The notes under the pieces were generated by a model, which was given only the letters and a program-made list of their open reading frames with translations, was not told the origin of the DNA and did no database searches. Below are positions 29,503-42,999 of a stretch of 64,000 bases of DNA, in pieces. Position numbers and translations under genes: made by a program. The DNA lies in NCBI GenBank assembly GCA_010909165.1, contig MU008205.1:62001-126000 (forward strand). Reading direction: 5' to 3'. Position 1 is the stretch's first letter. Each line of letters starts with the position of its first letter. The stretch is from Anthoceros angustus (taxonomy: Eukaryota; Plantae; Anthocerotophyta).

Positions 29503-30237
29503 CTAGGGGCACGCCTCTTTGAAGCGTCTAGTGGAATCCGTGGGGCCTAGTCCCTGTCTCCTGATGGAGGAGATGGAGTAGCCACGGTTAAAGGACTCCA
29601 GCTGGCTATCGCCATCGCACAACTCGTACGTAGATATCGGAGACGGAGCAGGAGATGGGGTGCAGTCGGGGCCCCACGGAACGGTCCTGAGCCCGGTGTT
29701 GTAGGCATTCACATTGCTGACATCGTAGGAGTCGACTCTGCCAGGCTCGATGTTGAATTCCGCCAGATTACACATCTCCTTGCTGACAGGAGTGCCAGGT
29801 CCAGCCCGTCGGCCACGCACTGCGCATTCAGGGAACGCCATATGGTTCCCCTACGGCCAGTAGCAGGAAGGAAATCGCAACACCTGTGATGCTCCCTTCA
29901 GCAAGTCGTACTCATAAATTTCGTTCCCTCCCGACTGCGCAGATGCTCGCACGCCTTCGGAGCAGATATTGTGGAGGGTGATGCTGCAACGTGGACAGAG
30001 ATTGAAATTGGGATCATAGCTCCAGCAGGATGAGGAGACACCACCACCTCCCGCGCACATGCTCGCACGCCTTCAGAGCAGTTATTGTGCAGGGTGACAC
30101 AGGAACCTGGACAGATACGAAAATTGGGATCAGAACTCCGACAACGTTTAGCAAATCACACGAATGACAACTAACCGTGCACTCATACTGCCCAGCAGGA
30201 GCAGGATGAGAAAACAACACCACGCTGCGAAAGCCAT
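29503..30237 (-). pseudogene. Thaumatin-like pseudogene copy 1
   Basis: LAEFNIEPGRVDSYDVSNVNAYN..RRFKEACP then TAG; C-terminus missing; duplicated exon-2 start. Confidence 0.75.
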
Positions 30238-31919
30238 TGCGAGACCTGCTCAAGTCTTGCACCTGGACATCTCAACTTCGTCCAGCATTCAATCTAGATA
30301 TAAATTATGGCTCCTCCGGTTCAAATGATGTGAGCACTCTAATCTTCCGGTACAACTACTACAACCCATAGTACTGTCCGGCCGGCCGGGCGTCGCGCCG
30401 TGGGGCTGCCGGTGGATTTGTCTGCAAATCAACTCCCTGCCTGCTTGGTGATAGGAGTTCACTAGTTTTAGAGTCAAAGCTTTTGTTTGGCGACAAAATA
30501 TTGAGTCAAATTACAAATTAGCCCCAAGCTTGAGGCGGTTTCCGTATCAGCCATGATCTTACAGGTTGCCCAGATCTGGGTTTCCGTGGCGTACAGGACT
30601 TTGTGGCTTTTCAATAGCTAAGTCACTGATGGGCAAGTTGAAGAGAAAATCAAACTTAGGAAGCAACAGAGGTGTGGTGAAATAATTTGGGGATCCATAG
30701 AGGCTCCGCATCAGTTTTCAAACTCAATCTCAGGTGGCACCATATGAGTTCTTAGCCAGTCAGCATCATAAAGGAGCGCTATTGTGGTTTAGTAGAATTG
30801 GAAGTCCACAAGAGGCCTTTTGTGGCCTTGCTTACTGGATCCACCACCTCAAGTTAAGGCTTGTTCTATTCCATAAGTACTCCAATTCACGCGACCTTCA
30901 GGGTCTCCCTTTGTCACACTGTATCAACATAGATTGAATCGCAACCTCAAAGTTTTATTTTACTGTCCAGGGCTTTGAGAGTGGAAAATTGGTTTAGTAG
31001 TTGGAACCCAAAGGCTTATTTCAGAATCTGTGAAATTGGGAGAGCTATTACTGTCATTGATGAACAGAATCATTCCTGGCAGATCAAAATGGGACGCGTG
31101 CACAGCAACGTTATGTTTTCTTCATGAACCCATGAACCAGTGTCTGCCTCTAGTTTTAAGGTGAAGCTGCTCTTGTTGTCTCGAGTGTTCAGGACTGGCC
31201 ATTCAACCACTGACTTGAGTGTCACTGATGGTGATGACTGCACTGGAAGCAAGATGAGTGCTCTTACCACATGACTTGCCAATGGCAAGTTGCCATGACT
31301 GCAACACCAATACCGAGAACCTTTGGCTTTGGCAGTGCATGTTCCATGGCACTCACTCAGGTCAGGACTCAGGCTTGACATTTTGATCGTATCCTATTAC
31401 ATCCAAGCTTCTGGTTACAGATATGGTTTGCATTTCTGAAGCCATTATCCTGAGCTGTGAAACAAATGAGAAGAATATCATGACGCCTGTAGATAGAAGA
31501 ATCAACTCCACCTACCTGTGGCCTGACTGTAATCAGGGCCAAGCAGGGCCACTACTGGCTGACAGGCTGGGTTGCCATGGCATCAAACGTCAGAATGGAT
31601 AACGCACGGATACTCGCATACTCGAATATGTACTTCGAACAAACAATGGTGGTATCAATGTTGTCGTCAAATGTCCAGTTGGACAAGGACGCATTTTATT
31701 CTGAAGAAAGGACGGTAGTAGGTACATACCGACTTGTCAATTCTGGAAGATTCCCTCGAAGCATGAACGGCCGCTGCACTGCCTGATGCTCTGCCGCTAA
31801 TGGACATTTGGAAGACTATATGCTCGCTGTGAGAAAGGTAAACCTACGTTCTCATTGCCCACGGACAGCCCAGGGTCAGGAATTGACGGGATTACCATCA
31901 CCGCGCGCAGTGCGTAGGA

Positions 31920-32658
31920 CTAGGGGCACGCCTCTTTGAAGCGTCTAGTGGAATCCGTGGGGCCTAGTCCCTGTCTCCTGATGGAGGAGATGGAGTAGCC
32001 ACGGTTAAAGGACTCCAGCTGGCTATCGCCATCGCACAACTCGTACGTAGATATCGGAGACGGAGCAGGAGATGGGGGTGCAGTCGGGGGCCCCCACGGG
32101 AACGGTCCTGAGCCCGGTGTTGTAGGCATTCACATTGCTGACATCGTAGGAGTCGACTCTGCCAGGCTCGATGTTGAATTCCGCCAGATTACACATCTCC
32201 TTGCTGACAGGAGTGCCAGGTCCAGCCCCGTCGGCCACGCACTGCGCATTCAGGGAACGCCATATGGTTCCCCACGGCCAGTAGCAGGAAGGAAATCGCA
32301 ACACCTGTGATGCTCCCTTCAGCAAGTCGTACTCATAAATTTCGTTCCCTCCCGACTGCGCAGATGCTCGCACGCCTTCGGAGCAGATATTGTGGAGGGT
32401 GATGCTGCAACGTGGACAGAGATTGAAATTGGGATCATAGCTCCAGCAGGATGAGGAGACACCACCACCTCCCGCGCACATGCTCGCACGCCTTCAGAGC
32501 AGTTATTGTGCAGGGTGACACAGGAACCTGGACAGATACGAAAATTGGGATCAGAACTCCGACAACGTTTAGCAAATCACACGAATGACAACTAACCGTG
32601 CACTCATACTGCCCAGCAGGAGCAGGATGAGAAAACAACACCACGCTGCGAAAGCCAT
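31920..32658 (-). pseudogene. Thaumatin-like pseudogene copy 2
   Basis: Same lesions as copy 1 (ACP-TAG, internal deletion, chimeric 5' part). Confidence 0.75.
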
Positions 32659-33990
32659 TGCGAGACCTGCTCAAGTCTTGCACCTGGACATCTCAACTTC
32701 GTCCAGCATTCAATCTAGATATAAATTATGGCTCCTCCGGTTCAAATGATGTGAGCACTCTAATCTTCCGGTACAACTACTACAACCCATAGTACTGTCC
32801 GGCCGGCCGGGCGTCGCGCCGTGGGGGCTGCCGGTGGGCGTTGTAGCTCGCGCGACAGTCTTGCAGTTCACCTTGCAAAAAGGGGATGCAAACAGCATGA
32901 TTTTTTTGTACAATCGGGGCGAGAAAGTCTCTCCTATTGAGGCTGGTAGGAAATGTGAATCACAGTGTTGAGGTTTCAAGGATCGCGACAGGTCTAGCTA
33001 TGGCACCTTCTCGGCAACCTTCTCGGCAAAAGATGTTACTAGTCAGTTTTTTCAGGTACTGAAAGGTAAGGTGTGAGGGGGACCGGGAGTGAGTATCTCC
33101 AGATGTGGACTGTGCTTCTTGGATGCAAGCAGTTGGGACGATCTGGTCAGGTTGGAAATCACCAATTGCTACGAGAAGGATGTGAAGGCATGCCATGAAG
33201 TGAACAACTAGATGATGCTGGTTCTGCATAGCATCATACAGTCAGTGGTCGGCGGCACAGTGTTGCTTTCGTCCACTGTTTCCAGTTCCACCAACTAAGA
33301 GAAGGAATTCAGTGTTGCGGTTAGATTCTGGAGAAGCTCGAAATTACTTGAAAGTACTCTGTTGGCATCTTCTGAGCATCTGCAAGTGCATGTCCCCTGT
33401 AGGTTTGCGACTACTTGTGTTGTTCTCTCAACTTATGCCCTTGTATTTTTGACGCAATGACTCAAGTCTTGGTTGTTCTCTCAACTTATGCCCTTGTATT
33501 TTTGACAAAATGAGTCAAGTCTTGGGCTGCATCTACAAAATCACTCCAGGGGCATGCTACTTCTTCCAAATCCTGCAAGCAAATATGCTCACCTAGCAGG
33601 TGCACTGTACTACATGAGCTCTGTTTGTTGCCTGTGGGGTTTGTCTTCGCATCAACTCCCCTGCCTTCTTGGTGATAGGAGTTCACTACTTCTGGAGCCA
33701 AATTTGTTTTAGCGAGAAAACTTTCAGAGTTAAATCTCCGTTGCTTGAGGTGGGTTCTTCATTGTACACGATCTTACGAGTTGCCCAAATCTGGGGTTTT
33801 CATGGAATACAGGATTTTGTGGCATTTCAAGAGGCTAAGTCACAAATGGACAAGTTGATGAGCAAAGTTGATCCTTGGCTGTTCCTCTCAGCTAATCGTC
33901 ACTTCCAAGGAAGACAAGATGCTTGCAGTGAAACAGGTCAACCTATTTCTCATTGCTCACTGACAGCCCAGTGTAAGGAATTGTTTAGGA

Positions 33991-34741
33991 TTACCCGTTT
34001 GACGGACAGAAGGTTACATGGTAGGATGTGCCGTGGGCGCACGTGAAGGTGGAAGTAGCGTCATCGTGGTTGTAGCTGGAGGCCGAGGGGCACGCGTCTT
34101 TGAAGCGGCGAGTGGAAGTCGTGGGGCCTAATCCTTGCGACCCGTCGGTGTTGATGCAGGAGTGGAAACCGCCATAAAAGCTCTCCAGCTGATTATCACC
34201 ATTGCAGAAGGCGGGGATATCGGAAATGGTGCACTGGATGGAGTTGCACTGGGGGGCGTCCACGGGACCGATCCTGAGCCCGATGTTGTAGGCATTCACA
34301 TTGCTGAGATCGTAGGAGTCGTCTCTGCCGGGAACGATGTTAAATTCCGCCACATTAGCCAGGTTCTTGTCGTTAGCGGTGCCAGGTTGACCACCATCGG
34401 GCACGCAGTTCTGCGTGATGGAATTCCATAAGGCTCCTGACGGCCAGTAGCAGGCAGGGAATTGCAACTCGTCCGAGTCCGCCGGTCCAATTATGTACTC
34501 ATAGATTACGTCCCCTGCCGACTGCGCGCATACTACCACGCCGTAGGAGCAGTGGTTCTGGAGCCTGATACTGCAACCTGACAGACCACATAAAACCTCC
34601 AACAACATCATGGCTCACAATCCATCGGGATAAAGAGCTCTACGAACATTACGGCTTAGCGAATCAGATGAACGACAACTAACCGTGCACGGGTACTGCA
34701 ACAAGAAGAATGAGGAGACAACACCACGCTACGAGAGCCAT
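33991..34741 (-). CDS. Secreted thaumatin-like (PR-5) protein, 2 exons
   Basis: Signal MALVAWCCLLILLVAVPVHG, intron, then IRLQNHCSY..AEFNI..DSYDLSNVNAYN..FKDACPSASSYNHDDATSTFTC..YHVTFCP; TATA-like run at ~34810. Confidence 0.88.
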
Positions 34742-34954
34742 GGCTTCCCAAGTCTTGCAATGGACACCTCAACTTCGTCCAGGATGGTCAGTTCGCCTGT
34801 ATCCAAACTATATATATAAGCCATCCAATCTTCAGCTCCTACACTGAAAACGATCGTTGTACTCTCATGTTCCAGCAAATCAGGTTAGGTACCGAGTAGC
34901 TATGGTATACGGATCGGCACCGAGAACGTTTCCCTTTGCTGGCTCGATGGCACA

Positions 34955-35397
34955 GAGTTGGGGCTCCAGCTCCGTTGGCCGAGCTGGCCCTATCAAGCCC
35001 AGCGGCCGATCGAGCCTCATGGTCGTGTCCTGTCACGATCATGCCGGGCCCGAATTCCAATCGCCTGAATCGATTCAGGCCTTAGCCTCATGACTCACGC
35101 TCAGGCTCGGCACGATGCAGGAAGCTGGTCGTGCTTGACTGAGCGGGCCCGATTGGGCGATCGGGCTTGCCGAGTGGCTGCTTGGCCCGATCGGCCTAGC
35201 TGGAGCTCCAGCTGGCTCTTTGCACCAAGCTGGAGCTCAAAGAGCCAGTTGGAGCTCCACCGAGCTGAGCACCCAGCTAGGTGGAAAGCCAGCTTTGCTC
35301 AAAACAAATATAAAGAAGAATAATTTCCTCTATGCAACTCATAGGCAGCTTTGCTCAAAACAAATATAAAGAAGAATAATTTCCTCTATGCAACTCA
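34955..35397. repeat. GC-rich imperfect fold-back (MITE-like) followed by a 56-bp tandem duplication
   Basis: Mirror-like gagctggccc/ggccgatcg/cacgatc/gggcccga motifs; cagctttgctcaaaacaaatataaagaagaataatttcctctatgcaactcat occurs twice. Confidence 0.45.
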
Positions 35398-35399
35398 TC

Positions 35400-37000
35400 C
35401 TATGCAGTACACTACGTCGCTTCCGGGTGGAGGATTAGGAGGTCCTACAAGAGGAGAGCGGGTGCGTTGCGAGGTCTAGGTTGGACTCTGCCAAGGTGGA
35501 TCAGGTTCTTTCGGACCCTTGCTGGGCCGCGCCCGGGAATATACTAGGGCTGCTCGAGCCCTTCGTCCGAAACCGAAGGCGCCAGCTTCCGAGGCGACCA
35601 TCACTGCCCTTCGCACCCTTCATCCAACGCCGAATGACCCCATTTCACAAGATATTCTAGACTTCATCGCTGAGGAGTCTTTTTGTCTTGGCATGGGGGT
35701 CTTCGGATGGGCTCTTACAATTGCCCCACATCTTTCTTCGAGGGGTCTGTCAGGAAGGGTCTATGGCCACCTCCGGGCCTATTTTACTCTCGAGGATCCT
35801 TCTAGTAGTTTTTCGGAGCTGTTTATTCTAGAAGTCACAATTGCGTGGGGAGAGATACCTCTCCGGATTTCTAGAGTTTTAGGTGATACCTCTCCGGATT
35901 TCTAGAGTTTTAGGTGTTAGCAGGCTACTGGCTATGGAGAAGCCCACACCAAGGATGCGCTCTATTGCCGTGGGGAGGCATTCTTGCGGCTTATTTGTTG
36001 CAGTACTGCTATCCAGCTCCATGAGTAGTTCAAGGCCCATCTTAGTCCCCTCCAATTTTGGATTCCTACTCTGGGGGGCTGCAAGTCGACGGCTTTTGGG
36101 GTTGAGGCGGTTCTCGAGTCCCATCCGGAGTGGGTTGCTTTGTAGGTCGCGTGGAGAATGCCTTCAACACTGTCTCCAAGGCGGCATCTTCGATGAACTT
36201 AAGGACGCAGGTGGGTATTGGGGAGTCTTATTCCTTTGGTGTGCTTTTTCTATAGAGCTCCCTCTAACCTTTATTATTAGCATGGACTCTCAGTGGAAGG
36301 GGTTTTGTTCGACTGCCGACAGGCGTGGGGACCCCATGGGCAAGGCTTCTCTCGTATGGCGACTGGCTTTGTCCTTGATCGTGTCTTCGCCTCAATATTT
36401 GTATCCGTTTATGGGCATTTATACCCATATCCGGTCGGGGCCAAGGCCAAGAAGGCTTTTGAGCTTTTCTTCTTGGAGATCTCTAGCCTCGGTCTGAAAG
36501 TTAAGGTCTTGAAGTACCGTGTGTGGCCCCCTACAGGTGCTATCTCTCTCTTCATTATCCAGAGGGGCATATTGCTTCTCCGCAGGGTCTTCGCGCGGGT
36601 TTTAGGTGTGGGGATGGGGCCCCCCGACCTTCATACTGGAATTTGTGGATGTGGCATTGAAGGAGGACTTGGCGCATTTTGGGATCTTTCTCAATTGGGG
36701 GACCCATAGGTGGAGTTCGGCATCCTTTCCTTTGCTTGAGCATCGCCCGGTATCTGGTGGCCTTCTCGCTTTCTCTCTGAGGCCTTCACAGTTATGTGGT
36801 GCTAAGTGACATCATTGGCCCGGGCACCTTCGAGTATGCCGCTGAGAATCTAGCGTGGCGGCAAGGGGCCTCTACCTGTCGCTTTTGGGGGCAAAGGTCT
36901 ATTGGCCACATAGGCCTCTATGCCGACGACCTTTCTACGGGGTTGGACCCTCTTTGCCCCCATTTTGGCCTCTCATTTTTTAATCGAACACCATAATATT
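35400..37000 (+). mobile_element. Degenerate non-LTR retrotransposon RT region (CRE/SLACS-like)
   Basis: TITALRTLHP, SRLLAMEKP..RSIAVG, QFWIPTLGG(C), VENAFNTVS and RGDPMG fragments spread across frames; many frameshifts. Confidence 0.7.
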
Positions 37001-38613
37001 CATACCGGCGGAATAAACAGGAAGCGGCTTTTCCAATTAATGTACTGCTAACCGGCGGGAACATGGGCCCGAAACAGCTGTTCCTGCCAGTTTCCACAAA
37101 AAATGATATAAAAGTACGGTTGTTGTGTGTGTAGGAAGCTAGGAACATGCCATGAGTTGGGCTGAAAAAGGGATATAAAGCCTCGGTAGGCACACATTTA
37201 CCTTGAAATAATGCCCATATATGACACTCTGTTGGTGGCAGCGAAGAGGCCACGTGATGGGCCTTTTACTATTCATTCAGTACATAAAGGGTAAATGGTT
37301 TTGGAAAAACGGTTTTGAGGAGGGTGTAATAAGTATTGGAGATGACAATGGAAATTGAACATGCAGCGGTGAGAGTCCCTGTTTCCATCTTCCCAAAATC
37401 ATGGAATGCAATTGCCGTCTGCATGCCTGTGGTGTGTATTTTCTACCTATCGAGTCCCACCTTCATGGATTAGTGCTATCAAAGGGAAAACAATTTGGAA
37501 AGGGGAACAAAAATCTCCAGAAGAGACAGGAGATTGAAAATGTCGTCATGGGTGGCAATGTTTTTATTGTGGCACACTATGAAGAATATAGCCGTGGTCA
37601 CACCTCATGCCTTCCCTCGGCACACAACATTCGACAAAGACGGTGATGTGAAGTTGACTGCACATGCGCCTCGGTATGGCGGATCGCCATGCACTACATA
37701 TATAATATTTCGCCAATCAAATGATATGTATTTGTTTGATTAGAATAGTTACACATTATAATTATGGATGAGGTGATTTATTTGGTCTAGGGGAGAATGA
37801 TGGTAGGAAGTAAACTCTCCAAGAATGAGTTACCGAAAACCAAATTACCGAAATCAAGAATACGGCGGACCTCAACGCATGAAAAGGCTATACAGGACAC
37901 CGAGATGACTTATTTTGGGTGTCTGTTAAGGCAACGCTGCTCAGCGGGGTAGCCTATATAGAGGAGGCGCGGCATGATGGCGCCTGTCTGCTCATGGACG
38001 CCACTGCATGCCGGCGCCCAATCGTTATATCTACTACAAACGGTAGAAACAAGTGACTTACCTTGGAGAGAACTAGTGGACGCACGGACCCGCCAAATGC
38101 CATCCCTTCTGACGAACATTCAAACATATGAGGAGTGAACCGTGCGGGGTAGGTATTGTCAATGGAGGCACCGGCATGCCGGCGCCTCCACTGTTTATAT
38201 CTTCTACAAACGGTAGAAATAAGTGACTTACCTTGGAGAGAACTAGTGGACGCATGGACCCGCCAAATGCCGTCCCTTCTGACAAACGTTCAAACATATG
38301 AGGAGTGAATCGTGGGTAGGTTATTGTACCGCATGCCGGCGCCTCCACTATACATCTGCAATACAACTGGTAGACCACGTACAAGCATGGACATGGTAAA
38401 TGCTTTCATTAGATAGCGATGTCCAAACGTGTGAGCAGTGTAGTCTTCGCTACACTGAATTCTTTCGTCAACCAAAGGACATCCGTCATCCACTTCCTGT
38501 CGCTGTCCTCCTCTCCAGGCTGCAGATTGCAATGGTGTTGCAATTATGTTGAGATGAAGTGAGAGGTGCTTTTGTCCTCTCTCAAGATTGCAACAGGATT
38601 GCAACATTTAAAG

Positions 38614-39327
38614 TGTTACATAAAACCCTCAATACATATAACCTCCTCCTCTCCTTGGACTTGGATCCACTTCTCTTGGTCTCAAGCCTTGGGCACACTT
38701 TAGAGGGTCCCTTGCATACTTGCTTAAAGAGCTAGCGTTGCCTAGCACGGCCTAGTATCGCGTAGCACACTAAGCCTAACACGGCCTATCAATCCTAGCA
38801 CGCCTATCTAGCGTACACACACGAGATCATATTGTAACAGGAGGAGTAGCTGCACGTCGGCACAAACACACCTCCCACAAGAACAACACACATTCCTCAC
38901 ACATCGCCTCCTGAGTCATAGCTTGGCCTCCTCATAACGCTTTTGCATTGATATCTAGAAGACAAGCTATGATCCGAGCTTGTCCTCAATGAAGGGTCTA
39001 TATATACTAGCCTTGGCATCGGCATATTCCTAAGATATCCTATCATCAGCATACGGAAATATCCTAAGAATACACTATAATATGCAAGGAATATGCCCAA
39101 GCATATTACTTGAGCTTATCCACTTAGCTATTGTATCCTAAGAATACACTATAATATGCAAGGAATATGCCAAAGCATTGAGCTTATTTAATTAACACTA
39201 ATCATATGCCTAATTAATATAGTAACCTTAGATTAATTAACACTAATTACTTACTTAAAGATAAGTAATAAGATTAATTAATGCTAATCAAACACTAAAC
39301 CCAAGTGCGTAGATTAGTATCATCACA
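38614..39327. mobile_element. Possible LTR or solo LTR
   Basis: TGTTACA...CATCACA ends, internal duplicated tatcctaagaatacactataatatgcaaggaatatgcc, AT-rich core. No TSD or PPT confirmed. Confidence 0.3.
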
Positions 39328-39959
39328 TGATGGCCGCTCACGAGGTAAGCACTTGAATTCATATAAGCACTTCTCACCAACAACCAAGCAAACAAATCTA
39401 ATACATCTAGATATAGGTGCAACCAATCCCCGATAATGTGAGACTCTAAGTCAAAACATTATCATTAGTAGGACTACACACGTACGCACCTCATGTAGTG
39501 CATTGGCACAAAACCAATCTCCTTCGGAATGTCGTCAGAGGTTATAAACCTTGTCCATGAGTGGAGGGTTGTCTCTGATCCTCATGCCCGCCATGTGGAC
39601 TACTCTCCCACCCTGCTCGCCATTTTCTTCTTGCCTTTCGATCGGCCTCGCGAACACTTGTTCATCCTTGATTAGTTCTATGTGGAACTCCCTTGGTGTA
39701 CTTCCCCATCTCCGCAAGCGTGAAAGCAAACACATGTCGCGATGCCTCCAACAACTCCTTTAGCTAACGCTGATTGCTCTTCAACTCGATGCTGCTAACC
39801 ACTCTGTGGCCGTGGCTCGATGGCTTGCATGCTTCCTCACGTGCTCACTCTCCTTGCTCCAAACTCGCCTTCTCCGTTGAGATGCGAGTGTTGGAATGTC
39901 CTTCACCCACCGAACCCGCTGCTTCAACCCCGCCTTCGTTTCGTTGGTAAGCGACTCCG

Positions 39960-40229
39960 CTAAACAACCAAAGTCATCATGTTCATGTCAAATGCTTGCC
40001 CAAGCAATCGACACTGCCTTCCTGGCCACTCCTGTCTTCGTGGTCTCAAGAAATCCCATGGCCAACTCCTTCTATATCGTTGGCTCCTGGCCTCGCCATG
40101 TCTATCCACCACAACGCTGTGGCCATGGTTCGGCGTAAGACTTGACTTGGAAGAGTTGGCCAAGCCGCCATGGGGTGTCCAGTGTTCACGTGGAAGCAGC
40201 CTGTCTTTGACGACCCGATGGTTTGATGC
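39960..40229 (-). pseudogene. C-terminal half of the retroelement C5 cytosine methyltransferase
   Basis: HQTIGSSKTGCFHVNTGHPMAAWPTL, EPTIxKELAMGF (motif IX-like), RLLGQAFDMN (motif X-like). Confidence 0.7.
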
Positions 40230-40379
40230 GGGCGCCGGCATGCCGCCCCATGTCCCGTGAGAGGCGGGGAGGGCCGGCATGCCACGCCCCTCTCCTCCGA
40301 TATGGATGTGGTGCCGGCATGCCGGTGCCCCTCCCTTGGTGTTATAGCAATGACATTCCAACCGCATATGGCCACAGAT

Positions 40380-40767
40380 GGGGAGCGATCGCAGCGCCTA
40401 TGTTGGATGAAGATTATTTGAGCAAACTGCAGAATCGCGATGCAAAAAGGTGGTTCCGTAAAGCCTTGTGAAGCTCGAGAACTTGAGGCTCGCATCATTT
40501 CGACTCTCCATGCATGATCCGAATGTGGATGAGGCTGGGCTAACTATTTGGCGCATGTGATAGCAAAAGGACGTATAGAGGAAGGAGTCCTCCTTTCTCT
40601 CGTATGATTGACCCATCGAATGCGTGGATATCGAAGCTGGGCTGGATCAAGTTTCGCTGGCACGTGATGGGAGTCTTAGGTGGCAATCATACATATGCCG
40701 CCATGAAGCACCTTGGCGACATATCGCCAGGAAGGCAAGGTTCCAATGGATGGAGGCCCATGTATTA
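40380..40767 (+). pseudogene. ParB/Srx-like N-terminal part of the MTase gene
   Basis: VDEA..LAHVIAKG, MGVLGGNHTYAAMKHL, FQWMEAHVL, ending at the TATTA junction. Confidence 0.55.
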
Positions 40768-41027
40768 GGGAACGACGCCGGAGGCCACGGCCGAGAACGG
40801 TCGAGGCCGCTAGGCCGAGACCGTTTCTCTACTGCGGCGCCCATGAGTGTTCGCTCGGCATAAGGGAGCGAGGTCAGCCGACGCCGCCACCGACTTGTAA
40901 TCGAGGCGAGTCGAGGTCTGCATCTTTAGAATTGTTGCCTTGTGCAACCAAGTTAGAAGTCTTTTTCTCTCTCTCGTAGTTTTCACCTTCGCACTTCGTA
41001 GTTTTCACACACTTTACGCTTGTCTTT

Positions 41028-42760
41028 TCACACTTTGGGATTTATCTTTCTAACTTTCTTCTCGGCGTTGAAGGGTGTACACCGCGATTTCCTGCCTTCT
41101 TCGTAATAATACTTCTTTCTTTGTTCATTGTACGGTCCAGATAGAAAGTTAATCATTTCGAAAATTTCGTCCAAACGGGAATATTTCTGCAGGCAATGGT
41201 AAATGTCAGACATCGTACATATTAAATTTCACCACTGTAAATATGATATACTAACCTCAAATAGTGCAAACAACTCCTTTTGATTCTTCGATAACTACAA
41301 ACAAAAAACGGAGTTAATATTTTACCTCCATTTCAAGTCGAAGAAGATCTTGCTCAGAATACCTTTCTCACTAATGTGAGGCAATGGCTGTGAAGATTTC
41401 CCACACTACGGAAATGTGATTGAACGCTACGCAAAGAAATATCAACCTTAAATTTGCATATTTGGTAAATACCAATATTAATATTTTCCTTGTTTATCTG
41501 AAATTATTCTGAACTAACCTTTTGAATGTTTTTGTAGTTTCGGATCTTCCATCGAGTCAACAAGTCATGGTTTTAGCTCCTTATTTTCAATGGCTGATAT
41601 TTCTACATTACCAAAACACAAATTTCATTTACTACATAAAGCGATTCAAATAAACTATTAAAAACAATATAAACCGATAAAACTTACTTTTGGATCTCCA
41701 TGTCTTTGCTCTAGGGTTCTGTCGACCCATCTTCATTAATTGTCTTGGATCTTTGAGGCTATGTTCCCAAATGGGAACATATCTATTTTAAAATCTTGGA
41801 AGACTTGTGGATACTGAAAGTTATCCATCCATTTTCCAAAGTCGACAAATTCCTTCGACGGTCCATACGTTGGTGCATTATCTTCTGACTCCTCTTTTTT
41901 CCTCTTTTTGTCCTTTGGAAAAACAGTAATTAGTAAGTTATATACTAGTTACAAATATACTAATTATTAATTACAAATATACAATAGCAATTACCTGATG
42001 AGATATGGCTGTGTTGTTGATTTTGTCATCCATTGCTTCAATTTTCTCCTTAATTTTCTTAGCTGCAGCAACTTGTTCAGCAGCACTCTGTAAACAAATA
42101 TATTAGTACTTATTTGTGTAAACAAATACATATAATACTAAGTGTTGTTGTTTACCTCAAAATCGATGAATTGAGATCGATGTCCATTAAACCTCGGACA
42201 GAGTCATTGTTTCCAACTCTAATTGAGCCGTTGTTCGGAGATTCTTCTTAATATCCTGTAACCATATACAACTAAAGTTGCGAGACCTATATTTGTCTAT
42301 AGTCCTAGAGAAGTTGCGACCAAGTCTTTACCTTTTTAATTTTTTCGAGTTGGCACACGCAAAGGAGTCAAGTCCTTTTGTCCATTGATGTGAACATAGT
42401 GTGCTCCGTGAGTACTGTAACAAAGATATAGAGTTAGAAATGTTGACAGTAGATTCAATTGAGATAATTGTAATGTAGTACCTTTCTCAACTATCTTTCG
42501 TATCTCAATGAGAGGATTTCAACTTCACTGTCATCATATCCTGATCCCCATGGGTGGAACATGGTTGTTCGATCGCCAGTTAAGGTTTGTTGGGTCTCTA
42601 CTATTGTGGTCGCTCGAGAAACCATTTTAGCCATGGATTCATCAACCACAAAATGGATTTGGTGAGGTAGAAATTATCATTACCTTCTTGGATGTCGACC
42701 ATTTCATCGTTGCTCATTCTCGGATGCCATTCGAAAAAGCAACGCTAATGTACACAAAAC
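41028..42760 (-). pseudogene. Uncharacterised multi-exon partner gene of the Crypton-like element (copy 1)
   Basis: Exons conserved with 59.5-61.6 kb, e.g. PTYGPSKEFVDFGKWMDNFQYP vs PTYGPSLEFTEFGKWMSNFQYP, IGESKASCFHSL-like and QKYSRLDE; shared splice positions. Confidence 0.55.
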
Positions 42761-42999
42761 AACGCTCAAACTTGAACAAGTTGGGTACATACAAGCGTTG
42801 TTACGCACTGTAATCGTTTGTTCGTTGGAGTAACTTGCCGGTATCTTTGTGTTGTGTGGATCGTGTGGGCATCGGGTCGAGGTATGCTTGCGCAAGAACT
42901 ATTAGAGTCACGTGGGCAAGACACATAAGAAGGAGTCACCAAAACCCAAGCACGTAGACATACCGAAGCAAAAGACATGGTTAGCTTATCTTCAGCACG

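Larger units (their letters stand above)
27981..32838. repeat. Tandem duplication, ~2.43-kb unit containing a thaumatin-like pseudogene
   Basis: 27985-30415 is nearly identical to 30415-32835; short GTGG microhomology at the junction. Confidence 0.9.

Noticed and set aside
37300-37750. Possible coding remnant
   Set aside because: Fragmented, with no motif I can support.
38614-39327. Assigning this segment as the 3' LTR of the DNMT retroelement
   Set aside because: No polypurine tract in the required orientation and no 5' LTR in the window to compare.
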